Below are positions 36,581 through 49,152 of a stretch of DNA of 49,152 bases, in pieces; position 1 is the first letter of the stretch, and each line of letters begins with the position of its first letter. The translations under genes and the position numbers were made by a program. This stretch comes from Octopus sinensis. Taxonomy: Eukaryota. The DNA lies in assembly GCF_006345805.1 (NCBI RefSeq), contig NW_021834403.1:1-49152 (forward strand), in the 5' to 3' direction. The notes beneath the pieces were generated by a model that did no database searches, was not told the DNA's origin, and was given only the letters and a program-made list of their open reading frames with translations.

Positions 36581-37596
36581 CTATCTGTCAGTGTCTATCG
36601 GCCAATCTGTCTGCCTATGTACCTATCAACCTACTTATCTATCTGCTTCATCTTGAAATACTTCACTTAACCTATCGATTGATCTACCTATTTTTCTGCC
36701 TTCTTGTAAACATATTTGACTCACTCCCTTTTTTCTTACTCACTTCTTCTCTTACTTCACTTTCATTTACTGGTTGATCCTTTTGTCTTCCTCCGTTTCG
36801 CTCTTGAAATTTCTACATTTTTACCTCTCTGTTACTCAATTGTGGATTACTGGTTTTCTAATTATCATCAATTGTTATTTTATCTACATCTTTCTTCTTT
36901 CTCGAATATTACCAATATTTCTATCTTCATCATACTCAACCTAATCCCATATACATATATTCCCTTTTCTCCATACATGTCTATTAACTTCACTTCTTTC
37001 TTCCTAGATTCAACATATTTATCGTTTACATTTCCCATCATCTCTATATAAGCCACCTTTTAAGTATTCTTACTCTAATTCCATATTTTAGAACTGACCC
37101 CTATCTCTTCCTTATCTCGAATTATTATAACTCTCGGTCTCATTCATTTTACATATCCCATTACTACCTGATTGCTTTACTCTATTCTTCTCTCCCCGCG
37201 CTCTCTCCATGAGTCTGTTTGCCAGTCTCAGTATCCATTTGTGAGCGTGCGTTAGAGTTTGTCTGTCTGTCTGATTATCTATCTATCTATCTGTCCATCT
37301 GTCAATTTGTCTGTCTGTCTGTCTGTCTATCCATTTGAATCTGTCAGACAGTCAGCCTGGTTGTCTATCTGCCTACCTCATCATTCTGCCGTCTTCTTTT
37401 ATATTTTCTTCTTTTGTTGTTGTAGATGAGTTTTCATATTGATTTTGTCTTGGACAGTCGATTCACTGTATTCTATTCTTCTGACGCAATTATCTAGTCT
37501 GATGTCATGAAATCGTTGCATTTCTACATACATTCTCACATACATATATACACAAACACATATCTGTGTGTACATACACGTATATATATATATATA

Positions 37597-37644
<48 letters not shown>

Positions 37645-37813
37645 TAAATATATATACATACATAATTACCCTCTGCTGTTCTGATCACATTTATCAAATG
37701 GAAATTATTCCTTTCTTTGAATATAACGAACATTATTGTAACAATATTCCACCTAGAAGTAGAATTCATACATACATATATACATACATACATACATACA
37801 TACAATACATACA

Positions 37814-37852
<39 letters not shown>

Positions 37853-38089
37853 ATATCTTACATTTACCTATTCACAGATCATTCATTTACATCAAATTAA
37901 CATCAGTCACTGACTATATATTGATTATTGATAATTCCCGCGCACGCGCGCACATACACACACACACTCGCATATACACATGTATGTATGTGTGTTTGTG
38001 TATATGTTTATGTGTATATTTATATATATATGTATATTTATATAAATGTCTGTATGTATAGGTAAAATAAATTTTAATGATGCTTTGTC

Positions 38090-38897
38090 GCTCGCAGAAC
38101 CATCAGGATCTACTCAGAGGCCTTTCAAGCCCTTCTAATCTCATTGCAATGCTGGAAACCCTGTATTATCAGCAGACATGTCAGGCTCACAAGCTTTTCT
38201 CACCTCATCCTGTACGCTTCACTTGAGTGGTGCAGCAAGGACTGAACTAGTCTTCATCAAGTGAAGAGTTTCACTTGCGGACTTTTATCAACCACAGCCA
38301 TCTTGATCCGGTTTCAGCTGCCGTGCCTTGGTTTTCTTCAGTTGTTTGGGTTCCTGACCTATCTTCTGCAGTAAATAGCACACTAACCGAGGCAGAAAAC
38401 TGCGGCGGCCGACTTCAGTGAGGAATGAGGCCATATGCCAACCCTTGACATATGCCAATCAAGACTAAGTCTTGATATTTCGACTTCTTTACCGAGTCTG
38501 TCCCGCTAGGGCATTGTGCGTCCGACCGCGATGACTGTTTTTGTATTCTTGAGCAACAGGAATATGTCTGGTCGGAGAGATGTTGCCACTCTCTCTTCTG
38601 GAAAGACAATTCTGCTCTAAGGTCCACTTGCATCATTCAGTCTCAGACTAAACGCAGATCAGGCAATGTGTCGCTTTCCATCTTCGCCTTGAGAACTTTT
38701 TCTCGTTCCTTTGCGATTTTGATATCCTCTGGTGGCGGTGGCTGGTGTTTATTATCTTTCACCCTTTGCAGATCAGTCCACTCGGTAATTTCTGCAAGAA
38801 TCTTGTCACGTCTCCCCTTGTATCGGCTTTCTCCCGGTGCTCTTGGATATCCGTTCAAAATGTAGTTCAGGGTGCAACGAGTTGCTCTGTACTGCTT
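38090..38897 (-). mobile_element. REL-endonuclease LINE 3' end (HERO-like)
   Basis: CTLNYILNGYPRA..ESRYKGRRDKILAEI (CCHC/RHD region), TSLRPDIFLL...TV, KKSKYQDL, EVGRRSF; frameshifted. Confidence 0.7.
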
Positions 38898-38932
<35 letters not shown>

Positions 38933-39075
38933 ACACACCATTACAGTAATCTAGCGAAAACTCTGGAAGGAATTGCATTACTGTTGCACATATGTTGTGT
39001 CTCAACCCGTTATTGCTATCTGTAATCCTATGATTTAACGCTGTGTTGCTGTCACACATACTTATGTAATATATA

Positions 39076-40344
39076 CAAGGGGCGTTCAATAAGTAATGCC
39101 CCTGACCCACTTGCAGTTGTTTGATTTAGCTGAAATTTTGCATGTGCAATTATTTATACCTCTATAGATTAAGTAGCGAATTACAGCTCTGAACGAATTG
39201 TGGTTTCTTATTTACAGGTGTTTGAACTGAGTCAAGTGTGAAATGGAGCCTGTTGAGTGTCGAGCAGTGATCTGTTTTTTGTGTTTGAAAGGACGCACAC
39301 CACGGGAGACTTTTGATGAAATGAAAGTAACTTATGGTGATGATGCCCCATCATATGACCTTGTAAAACGCTGGCATTGTGAATTCAAAGATAGTCGGAA
39401 CTCTGTGGAAACAGCTCCCAGATCTGGTCGCCCCCTTCTGCCGTTGATGAGACGTCTGTCTGTAAAGTTGAGGCTTCCATTTTGGAAGGTCAACGCATAA
39501 CTATTCGCCAAATAGCCCATAAGGTCAAGATTAGTACCGGGTCTGTGGAAACTATCATTCATGACCATTTGCATATGCAAAAGGTGTCTGCCAGATGGAT
39601 TTCCAGATTGCTCACACCTTTCCAGAAGCAAGAACGCGTTGAGTGCTCGAGGATGAATTTGGAGATGTGCCAAGAAGATGAGTCAAAATTTTTCAAAAGA
39701 CTGATCACACAGGATAAAACCTGGGTCGATCACTATGATCCAAAGACCAAAGCCCAGTCAATGCAGTGAAAGCACCGTGACTCACCTCCTCCAAAGAAGG
39801 CAAGGGTGCAGCCCTCCGCTGACAAGGTTATGCTCACAGTCTTCTGGGACCAGGACGGAGTAGTGATGACAGATTTCCTGGCAAAGGGTACCACAATCAC
39901 AGGAGCCTATTATGCTTCACTTTTGAGGAAATTAAGAGAAGCTATCAAAATCAAGAGGCGGGGCAAGATCAGCAAAGGCATCCTCCTCCTGCAGGACAAC
40001 GCTCCGGTCCACAACTCGCGTGTCGCCAGATCAGAAGCACAGGCGTGCAGCTATGAACTCCTCCCCTTGCACCCTCTGATTTTCACCTCTTCCCAGCCAT
40101 GAAGTTGTTTTTGAAAGGAAAGCGTTTCCCAGATGATGCAGCCTTGATTTCTGAAGTCACGTCGTGGTTGGAGGACCAAGCTGGGGTCTTCTACAAAAAC
40201 GGTCTCCAAAGCTGTATCAAACGATGGGAAAAATGCATAACTCTGGGTAGTTCCTATGCAGGAAAAGACTAATAACTGTGCCAAGTGTCGTTGCTCTACT
40301 GCTATGGGAAGTGGGTCAGGGGCATTACTTATTGACGCCCCTCG
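39076..40344 (+). mobile_element. Full-length mariner transposon (1269 bp)
   Basis: TIRs 39076-39112 and 40309-40344 (C(A/G)AGGGGCG(T)TCAATAAGTAATGCCCCTGACCCACTT); TA on both sides. Confidence 0.95.
39243..40272 (+). pseudogene. Mariner transposase pseudogene
   Basis: RAVICFL...KRWH, APRSGRP, KVSARWISRLL, ITQDKTWV..YDP, KVMLTVFWD, LLQDNAPVH, LAPSDFHLF, KRWEKC; split into three listed ORFs by frameshifts and a stop. Confidence 0.95.
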
Positions 40345-40770
40345 TATATATAAATATAAATCCAAATAAGTGGAGAAAGAAATCTTTAAACACACATAAC
40401 GATTCGCTGCAATTGATTCTGTGCGCAATATTCCAAGTGAAAATTTACGTAATGTTTGAAGTTGAAGACATTGGAGTGCTACTTCATCAAACATGCATCA
40501 AAAGTGCGCTCTCACATTGTGCGTCTTCCAGATATTGTTTTTGCTGTCTTTTTTTCTTTTTGCCTATATCAGGAGGAATCGAAAAGTTATTTGGATTACA
40601 GTTTACTCTTCGTTACACCCACACAACAGGTTTTATCGTTGTGAAACTAGGATTTTCTACTTTTAAAATAATTTAGGTATTAGTCTGGAATTCGACGACG
40701 AAGATAGCCCAGAACTCAGGTTTAGTGGTTCCCCATAAATACCCTGCCTTTATATCATACCAGGACCTAA

Positions 40771-40815
<45 letters not shown>

Positions 40816-41409
40816 CGCACACACACACACACGCATGTATATTTACATAACTCCCTACATATCATATAATAATGACGTCATAACTGATGACGCTGAACTC
40901 TGATGAGACTGCAATCGTTCAGACATACTCTTCAAAATTTTAGGCACCAAGAGAAGAACTATATATCTGATACATTTATTAATGACTTCCTGTGTACAAC
41001 GTGCTGAGTAATTTCAATCGAAAAGATAATTTCTGGATAACCAGAAGACACGCAACATAAATAACAATATATGAAAAGCAAGGAAACTGGTGGCCGCCAG
41101 GATGTGCAATAATTAGGCCATAGAAATGTTCGATAACTTACATCAAATTCTTTTATCGATCACATCTATAGCACTTTTTTTATTCATGAACAGTCTGAAT
41201 AAGAGATCAAGCAGGCTTCCAAACACGCTGTTTAAATTCTCTAAATATATATAAAGTATATCAGTCAGAAAGAAATACCTTTAAGGAACCATTAAGTAAT
41301 CATAATATTATTATAAAAGAAATTTTTTAAATAAAAAAAATTAACACCTTTACAAATTATAAGAACCTGATTCTTTTTCTCTCCATGAAACAGAAAATCG
41401 CAACAGAAA

Positions 41410-41900
41410 TGGCTGGATTTGCTCTATCTAGACACAAATAGAATTAGCGCCGTAAACGAGTCGGACAATAGCGCACATTCGTGAGATCAATTAGAAGTTC
41501 TGCTTCATTGCACTTTTTGCGTCTCTTTCCTCCAATTCTGTCGCCTTCGGACCAGCTGATGTTCAGGAGGTTGAACTCACCAGAAATACATTAATGTCTT
41601 CATCTAGTTTTGTTGCTACATTTTTTTTTCACTGTAAGGCTTTCCTGAAATTTACCATCGCGATTTGAGGCATCGTATGAGCGATATAATGTCTATATTA
41701 CTTGTATGTATCAAGTTCTTTTACATGCACCATGAGTGTGTCGCAGACAGAATTTGAATGTGACAACAAGGTCAGTGGTAAGACATCTTAGGGAACGGAT
41801 TCGTTCTCTATGTAGTGTTGTTCTCCCAAGATATAGACAAATACCATTAAGAGAACACAGAGAGATATGCGAGGAATCTCCAACCGAACTTCAAACTGTT
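41410..41900 (-). pseudogene. Old LINE APE-endonuclease relic
   Basis: Minus-strand fragments GICLYL, ISGEFNLLNISW (GDFN.P.I.W-like) and PTR; heavily decayed. Confidence 0.5.
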
Positions 41901-42325
41901 TCCTACATGTTAGTGCAATGGTACAACTTCTGTACCACATCGGTTAAATAAAGAGATTACAGTCATTTAAAAATATCAACCTTACCTGAATATAAACTCA
42001 TAACCACTTTTTGTCTATGTAAATATCTTAATTCATGAATATATCTTTTTTTAATATATGTATAACCAATATACTTTCCAAAAATGCTTCTTATAATAAT
42101 AATCGCTGGTTACTGCCTCTAAAATATATTTGCCTCCCGATTCATTTACAACATAATGGTCTTCCTTCTAACATGGAATGAAAATTTATTATGATAGCAT
42201 GAAATTATAATACCACGAGCTACATAGTTATGATTAGCGTAAGCGAAACCGGGCGACTAATGCAATTTTATTTCATAAAAATATATATAAATTTTGCAAC
42301 ATAAAATTTCTGTGTATCTCCCTTC

Positions 42326-42379
<54 letters not shown>

Positions 42380-42381
<2 letters not shown>

Positions 42382-42680
42382 CGTTATATCTGGGTGACAA
42401 GGCCATTGGATGTTGTAATACACCGCTGTTACAATGCCCTTTGTATCATTTTAGCTTTCAGTTGATGCCACCCCGGTGGCTAGACGAACTGGTTAACATT
42501 CCTCTTGATGGGAAAGCCACTCCATAGCCCAGACATCCATTTACAGTTGAGTGGACGGAAGCAACGTGAAATGCAGTGTTTTGCCCAAGAATACAACACG
42601 CTGCTCCATCCGGCTATCGAACCCAAGATCTAGCAATCGTGAGTGCAACGTCCTAATTCCTAGGTAGGCCACGTACTTTC
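42380..42680 (-). mobile_element. tRNA/CORE-type SINE, degenerate
   Basis: Minus strand GGTTCGATAGCC (B box), TTCTTGGGCAAAACACTGCATTTCACGTTGCTTCCGTCCACTCAACTG. Confidence 0.65.
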
Positions 42681-43626
42681 ACATATCTATCTATTTATCT
42701 GTTGTCTTGCTCAAAAACACAACACACAGCTCGGTCCGGGAATTGTACTCCCTGCCTCATGATTGTGAGTCCGACACTCTAACTACTGAGCCATGCACTT
42801 TCATATACGTATGTATGTATGTATGTATGTATGTATGTATGTATGTATGTATGTATGGATGGATGGATGGATGGATGTACCTTTGTTTTTGTTAGTTTTA
42901 CGTATTTATTGATTATTTGTTTGTCATTCCAGACTTACTACACCAATTTTTCCAGCTATATTGTCATTACGAAGAGGAAAATTTAGAAATTGAAAACCCA
43001 CCACGTGTGAGAAATTTGAGACTAAGGATAAAACAGGAAGTGTATTTGAAAATTATGCAATAAAAAATATATGAAAATATATTGCCTGTTTTCCTCGTGT
43101 TATCATAAACTTTCCGCTTCCCTCATCTGCGTTTACTTTATTAATACTTGTTAGTTAAACAGTATGTGTGTGTGTGTGTGTGTGCAAGTATGCGGAACAA
43201 ATTTTCTCTTTAACATTATACAATGTTTTGCCTCTTAATTTTACTCGTTTCCGATGTTTTCCTCTGAGTCCCATGGAGTTTATTAAAAACAGTGAAGTTC
43301 CGAAATCCAGGCTCACCGTTTCTAGCCTTTGGTGAAGAAAATAGAAAACTAATGCAGTCATATTTATCATGTGTGTGTGTGTGTGTGTGTAAGCTTGTGT
43401 GTTTTTCCGCATGTTTGCATATACATATATAATTATACAAACACACACAATATATGTAGTGAAGAATGGAAAGTTCTCTATACGTGGGATATGTATATAA
43501 GAAAGGAAAGAAATCTAAGAGTCACAGAAAATTTGTATAATAAAGTTTATGGTGATATTAGGATCATAATAATTTGTAATGATAAATTTTATTATCATTT
43601 CAGTGACTCTTATATTTCTTTTGTTT

Positions 43627-43692
<66 letters not shown>

Positions 43693-44618
43693 AATATATA
43701 TGTAGGTATATATATATATATATATATAAATATGTATGCATCTGTACACACAGTATGTATGTTGAGAAACACGTGTGTGTGTGTGTATGTGCGCGCACAC
43801 ATGCATATAAACAAAATGCGAAGTTTCCCTTTAGTGCATAAATTTAGACTAAAAACGGTTACATACATATAATAGTTACATGCCGGCTTAGAAGCACATA
43901 TACATAAATACATGTGTAGAGACTTACACAGGTTCTTAAACACTCAAATGTGCTTTTTCTTTACATAAACATATACACACATAAATACGCGCTTAAATAA
44001 AACAATAAAATGCCACGAATTCAAAGAAAAAATAAAAATCTCAAAAATTATCAACTCTAAGACAATAAACAAAACACACTCAGACTTCGAGTTTTTCCTC
44101 CCCATCCTTCCTCGAACTAGAACCAAGCACAAAACAAGTAAACTTAAAGAATAGCTAAAATAAATTAATACATATATAAAATAATATATGCGAAAACTGA
44201 AAGACAATTTTGCGGATTACAATAAAACATGCAGATTTTTGTGAAGAGTTATAGCATTGCCTGAGGAGGGTCAAGACTTGAAACGTAAAACAAACATCAT
44301 CATGATACAAAAGATAGGAGAGAAATAAATGAAGTTCTGTTTACTGTATAGCTTAATGTGTGAAGCTATATAAGCAGCCTGCAACTGTTCGTTTGTTGTC
44401 TCTTTGGAGTTGGTTGTCTTCTTTGAAAGTTCAACTCGTTGATTTCTTTGGCCTGTCTTCTTTGCCGTCTTTCTTCCATTTCTCTCTCTCTTTTTTTTAT
44501 TTTTTGACGTGCTAAAATGGGAGAAATGGAAAATTCTGTCTGTTTCTGTATCTATCAGAAACTATCTATGCCTTAATGATATATGTGTCTCTGACTCCCC
44601 ATTTCTTTTCTCCTCTCC

Positions 44619-44657
<39 letters not shown>

Positions 44658-44659
44658 GA

Positions 44660-44835
44660 AATTTATAGAAAAACAAGAGACGAATAGAGGTGTATGAACA
44701 ACAGGCAAGTATATTAGTTTGTCGCTCGGGAAAAATGAAAGTCTTTTACGGTTCGAGCTTATGCTCTTCAACAGAAAAGAAGAAGAAATAAGTAGAGAAA
44801 GAATGAAGAAAACGTGTAGGGTTCAGCGGTCCAGC
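44660..44835 (-). mobile_element. Short PLE-derived element with a variant hammerhead-like motif
   Basis: Homologous to 11935 and 28755; minus strand TTTT-CTGTTGA-A-GAGC-ataa-GCTC-GAAC-CGTA-AAAG (44743-44778); next to (TA)n. Confidence 0.6.
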
Positions 44836-45581
44836 ATGTCGAGTGATTGGGAAAAAAAGTGGTTATAAGAAAGGGAGATAACAGTAGTGCTACTGATCCT
44901 AACAAGAGGTGTGCATCTTTGTGTGTGTGAGAATGGCGTGTGAGTGTGTGTATGTGTGTGAATAGAGGCGAGTGACTCTGACGTGTGTGTGAGTGTATGT
45001 GGGTGTGTGTTGTGTGTAGCAGCTGATGCCTGCTTTTTCATGTGGTGTGTGTATGTGTGTATGTGTGTATGACCAAACAGTGTGCATGTGTATGGTGTAT
45101 GTATGTGGGCGAAATATATCTTTGTCTATGAGTATTGCATGTGTTAATGCGTGTTGCGTGTGTATGTATATATTGTCTGTTTGGGTATAATGTGCTTGTA
45201 TGGAAGTGTGCATAATGGTGTGTGGTGTGTGTACTGAGTTAAACAGTATGTGTTGCTGTTCGTATAGTGGTATGTGTGGTGACGCTATTGAAGATGGTGT
45301 GTAGATGATAGTATGTGGATATGTGAACGATGGTGAATGGTGTGGGTGCTGAGAAGTGGTCAGTGTTAGTGTGTGTAGAGTGGTGTGGGGTTGGTATCAA
45401 ATGAGGAGAGGAGATGAGGTTGGTGTCAGATGAAGAGACGAGGTGAGTTGAGCACACGTGGCGCAAGGAATTAATATGTCACTAAGGCATAGTGAGACTA
45501 ATAACCTGGTGTAGAATTCATTATACGTATGGTCCCAGAATGCAATATTATATGAATATAGACAGGGGTAACAGTAAACAA

Positions 45582-46011
45582 AGAGATGACACTGGAAGAA
45601 ACCAAATGTTATGTAAGGAACTTCAGTGGCTTACTGCTGTTTCTGCTGTAAGATGTAGTGGACTCTTAGTTTACTACCAAGATAAACATAGCTTCCTCAG
45701 AGCCTTGAATAGAAAGTGCACTTCATTTGGGAAAGTTCCAGAAAATACAGGCGTTGCGAGTGAGAAAGTTCATGCTGATGCCTATATTCGCATGCTTTTT
45801 TCTAACTTGGGATCGAACTTTCCATAACCATCAACATAAATGTTCTCACTCGCAACGTCTGTATGTTTTGAAAATGTAACTTTCCCAAATAAAGTGCTCT
45901 CATGCAGCGAAAGGATCTTATGGCACTATAAGTCCACCGCATATTATGCCAGAAACAGCTGTAAGCTAATGAAATTCATTACATAACATTTGGTTTTTAC
46001 TGTTTCATCTA
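45582..46011. mobile_element. Old fold-back element with long inverted arms
   Basis: 45582-45766 is an inverted, diverged copy of 45843-46011 (e.g. ATACAGGCGTTGCGAGTGAGAA / TTCTCACTCGCAACGTCTGTAT); a solo arm lies at about 11590-11760. Confidence 0.65.
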
Positions 46012-46059
46012 CATATATATATATAGTGTGTGTGTGTGTGTGTTTGTGTGGAGGGTGTA

Positions 46060-46240
46060 TGGCCCCAGCGGTGAGGGTGTTGCCCTCAAGATCACAAGGT
46101 GGCGGTTTCAGTCCTTGACCGCGTGTTGCATTGTATTCTTGAGCAAAGCACCTCAACTTATGTTGTTCTGCGATCACTTGGACAGCTGACTTGTAGCTCG
46201 AAGTGGACCACGCTTGTGAAAGGACCCTGAATGAAGGTGT
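46060..46240 (+). mobile_element. tRNA/CORE-type SINE 5' part, degenerate
   Basis: TGGCCCCAGCGG A-box-like, GGTTTCAGTCC B-box-like, TTCTTGAGCAAAGCACCTCAAC CORE-like. Confidence 0.55.
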
Positions 46241-46913
46241 ATGGCAAAATATCGTGGGTTGCATACGTAACTGCACATATTATATGCTGCGAGAACACGT
46301 GTCGGTAATTTTGATCTAACGACGCTGTATAATTAACTGTTAAATTAAAAGATGTGAAGATGTACCAGCCGCCGTACTCTTTTAATTGTTTTGGATTTAC
46401 ACTCCTGAAAATATTCACAATTCAGAAAAAAGAACTCGGATTTACTCATCTGAAGAATTATATTGGGATTGCTCACTTTAAGCGATCTTTGGTGCTTCTT
46501 ACTACTTGATGCGGTTCGCCGTAACTTCAACTATACCTGAGAGCTCTTACAGTATACACCTGGATAATTTATCCCGATATATACATCACATTATACTAAT
46601 TTCCCAGTTACAAAATCAATAATTGTATGACACTATTTTTTCTATATTGCAAGCGAGGTAAAATACTACTATGACTAGCAAACGAGTGCCCACCACCGAC
46701 GAGATCCTATAAAATCAAAATCATGTGATCTGGAGGTCTTGAAGCTAGTGTGGCTTGCAATAAATATACAGTGCGAGAAGCGCACAGATAAACCAGCTGG
46801 AGATGTCTTCCTGCGGTTAAATGGTAGTATAGTCGTCTCTTAGCGGACAGCAGCAGGCATTAAAGCGGCCATAAGCAATAATATATATATATATATATAC
46901 ATACATACATACA

Positions 46914-46944
<31 letters not shown>

Positions 46945-48448
46945 TAAAATGTACGTGTGTGTCTTTATGTCTTTATGCATGTGTACATTCATGCAAAGAA
47001 GCGGTGGATATAGAAAGTGTCGCAACATCCGCATGACACTAATTGGGAATGTCCCGCAAGGTCTGTTCTGATCACATGTGCAAAATAAGCATACGCACGT
47101 ATTATATATATATTTTGTATGTATGTATGAGCGTTTGTTCCGTGTCTATCTGATGAGCTAAAGATTATAATATTTAACGAGTTTTCTCAATTCGTACGTT
47201 ATTCGGCTTCTCGAATAGGGCGAATGTGTATGTAGGAGTTTTGTATTATCTAATGGAAAAATTCTTACAGGAAACCTTGTGTATCTTAGAGAATAGTACG
47301 GCATTAGATGACACAAACATGGAACATTATTGATATTATTATCGCTATAATAAGGTGTTATATTCTAATGATATATGGTCAGTAAAAATACAGTATTGTA
47401 CGGCAAATTTTGTTGAATATCATAAATTGTTAAGTGTTTGTGCTTTTCCAAAGTCACATTTTGGGTGAAGAGTGAAAGGATTGCAATATGGCCCCTGCCC
47501 CACTTGACCCAGGATGTGACAGTAGGGGGAGAAACGATTACATCAGCGTTGGACAGGTGACTGGTGGTTTATCTAACCAACTCGAATGAGATGAGGAATG
47601 GCAAAAGTGACAAATGGATTTAGGATTTTAACTGAGAGAGACTCGAAACAAATATATCGGAGACTACATATACGCGCGCACACAGGCATGCACGCGCTTA
47701 CGTGTGCGTGTGCATGTGCATGCGTGCGTGTGTAAGTGATGTATGTTCACACACATGCACACACACTCGTCTAACTCAAACCACATCTACTGTTTTCTAT
47801 ATATCTCTCTCTCTCTCACTCTTTCTCTACCTGTCTCACGGCTTTTCTTGTCTTCACTATCTCAGCCACAACACACATCTTCGTAACTCTCTGAAATTTA
47901 CTTTCACTTTTTTCTCTCTATCTTTCTTCCGTTCTTTAGGGGTTTTTTCTGCTTTAAAACTCATTTCATGACTCCCAAAGTATGGCTTCTCTGTAAAAAT
48001 AATAAATATTAAAAAATAACAACAAAAGAAAACAAATTAATTGATCCCTTTATGGCTCAAAGAAGCAAAGTATGTCTTTTGGAAGAAAATACGAGAGAAA
48101 GAGAGAGAGAGGTAGGGGGCCACGTGGCTTCTTTAATGTAACCCCAAACAAAACAAAACAAATTGCAAGGAGCCCTCAAAAGATAGAGAGGCAGAAATAA
48201 CAGCTGCTTTGATTTCTGGCAGACGACAACAACAGTGTATCTATGCAAGGAAACAACAAATGCACAACTGAGACAATATGGACAGAAAGTATCTTCTGTG
48301 GCGATGGCAGATATGGAGAGAGTAACCTTTCGGCACATCCAAAGTGCAGTGAAGTTTACTGTAGATATATGTCTTCCTCTCTGTGTGTGCGCTTGCATAT
48401 GTGCGTGTGTTGTGTTGTGTGTATGTATAATATAGGTATATATACATA

Positions 48449-48551
48449 CGAGAGGTGTATGAAAAGTCTTGAACCTCAAAAAACTTAAAACATGGTCAAA
48501 ACTTCAAGGCTCAAAGGCCTTGAAGGCTCATAGCTTTTCATACACCCCTCG
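48449..48551. mobile_element. Tiny mariner-type MITE (103 bp)
   Basis: 19-bp TIRs CGAG(A/G)GGTGTATGAAAAG(T/C), 17/19 match; TA on the left. Confidence 0.7.
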
Positions 48552-48589
48552 TGTATGTATATATATATATATATATATATATAGTTAAT

Positions 48590-48795
48590 CCAAACATGAA
48601 AACAAAAAGAGAAAACACAACAACGCGAGGACGTGGAACAAGTATAGTGTTATTGGACGCTCAGGAAAGGAAAGAAAGAAGGAGGATTTAACGTTTCGAG
48701 CGGAGCTCTTCATCAGAAACATAGGAGAAGGAAAGATCCATGGAAGGGAAGATAGAGGAAAAAAATCGCCAACGATACACACGCGGTCACATTTA
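48590..48795 (-). mobile_element. Short PLE-derived element between (TA)n tracts with a minimal hammerhead
   Basis: Minus strand GTTT-CTGATGA-A-GAGC-tcc-GCTC-GAAA-CGTT-AAAT (48720-48686). Confidence 0.65.
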
Positions 48796-48809
48796 TATAT
48801 ATATATATA

Positions 48810-49140
48810 CCGGAGTAAAAACATAAATGTGAAACAAGGTGGGGAAAAGAGTACTCAATTACCAGAAGGAGAGTAATATGCTTTATTTAAAAGCAGCAGA
48901 AATATAAAAAAAAGCAATATAATTTTTTATAATTTATATTGAATTCATTTATTTTTGTTTATTTTGTTTATCGCATGCTTAAGACCGTTATTTGAAAGGA
49001 CGAATGAAACAAATCCATTTTCAAGGTGTATCCTTTAACTAGTTTTGATCAAATTGTTATTTCTGTTTTATTTTAACAAAACTGTCCGACGAACGGGAAC
49101 GTGAAACTCTGAGTAACAGCTTTTCTTATATTTCTGCTTA
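48810..49140. mobile_element. Partial copy of the fold-back MITE family seen at 20621
   Basis: CATAAATGTGAAACAAGGTGG...AGTACTC..TACCAGA..GAGAGTAATATGC at the start and AAAACTGTCCGACGAACGGGAACGTGAAACTCTGAGTAACAG at the end. Confidence 0.75.
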
Positions 49141-49152
49141 TATATATATATA

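Noticed and set aside
38643-39110. 155-aa ORF as a real gene
   Set aside because: It starts inside the mariner TIR, crosses a (GT)n tract and then runs into the HERO-like LINE relic, so it is a chimeric frame.
40898-40925. CTGATGA-GACTGCAATCG and similar isolated CTGATGA words (about 3743, 11639, 47150)
   Set aside because: No correctly placed GAAA, stem I or stem III; the 7-mer is expected by chance.
44261-44287. CTGAGGA-GGGT-caag-ACTT-GAAA-CGTA hammerhead core
   Set aside because: Core words are intact, but stem II is mostly GU pairs and no stem I complement exists; at best a decayed relic.
48180-48365. Possible host exon (tttctggcag acceptor-like site)
   Set aside because: Donor sites are weak and the peptides are not recognisable; unsupported without RNA data.

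Overview
This is AT-rich, microsatellite-saturated eukaryotic DNA. The SINE heads and tails and the simple-repeat load look like an octopus/cephalopod genome (inferred from recalled repeat families, not from a search). I found no host protein-coding exon I can support; most of the supplied ORF track is translated (TA)n/(CA)n/(TATC)n/(AAT)n or antisense to transposon relics. The window is a graveyard of mobile elements: two near-full-length Tc1/mariner elements (DD37D maT-type at 4491-5718, mariner at 39076-40344), an internally deleted mariner, several MITEs, Helitron pieces, LINE fragments of the CR1, Tx1/L1, RTE, R4/Dong and HERO-like groups, a Gypsy pol relic, Penelope-like (PLE) relics and many tRNA-derived SINEs. 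The most interesting signal is a set of self-cleaving type I hammerhead ribozyme folds, which I paired by hand, in at least four unrelated element types. (1) An intact ribozyme at 28448-28538 sits in a non-coding, hairpin-rich element that looks like about 1.3 rounds of a 584-nt unit (retrozyme/circular-RNA-like). (2) Two intact copies face outward in a head-to-head PLE fold-back (21094-22556). (3) A minimal dimer-type ribozyme lies downstream of a tRNA-Ile-like Pol III head (33918-34161). (4) A family of about 180-bp mini-elements carries minimal or variant cores. Boundaries of degenerate repeats are approximate.
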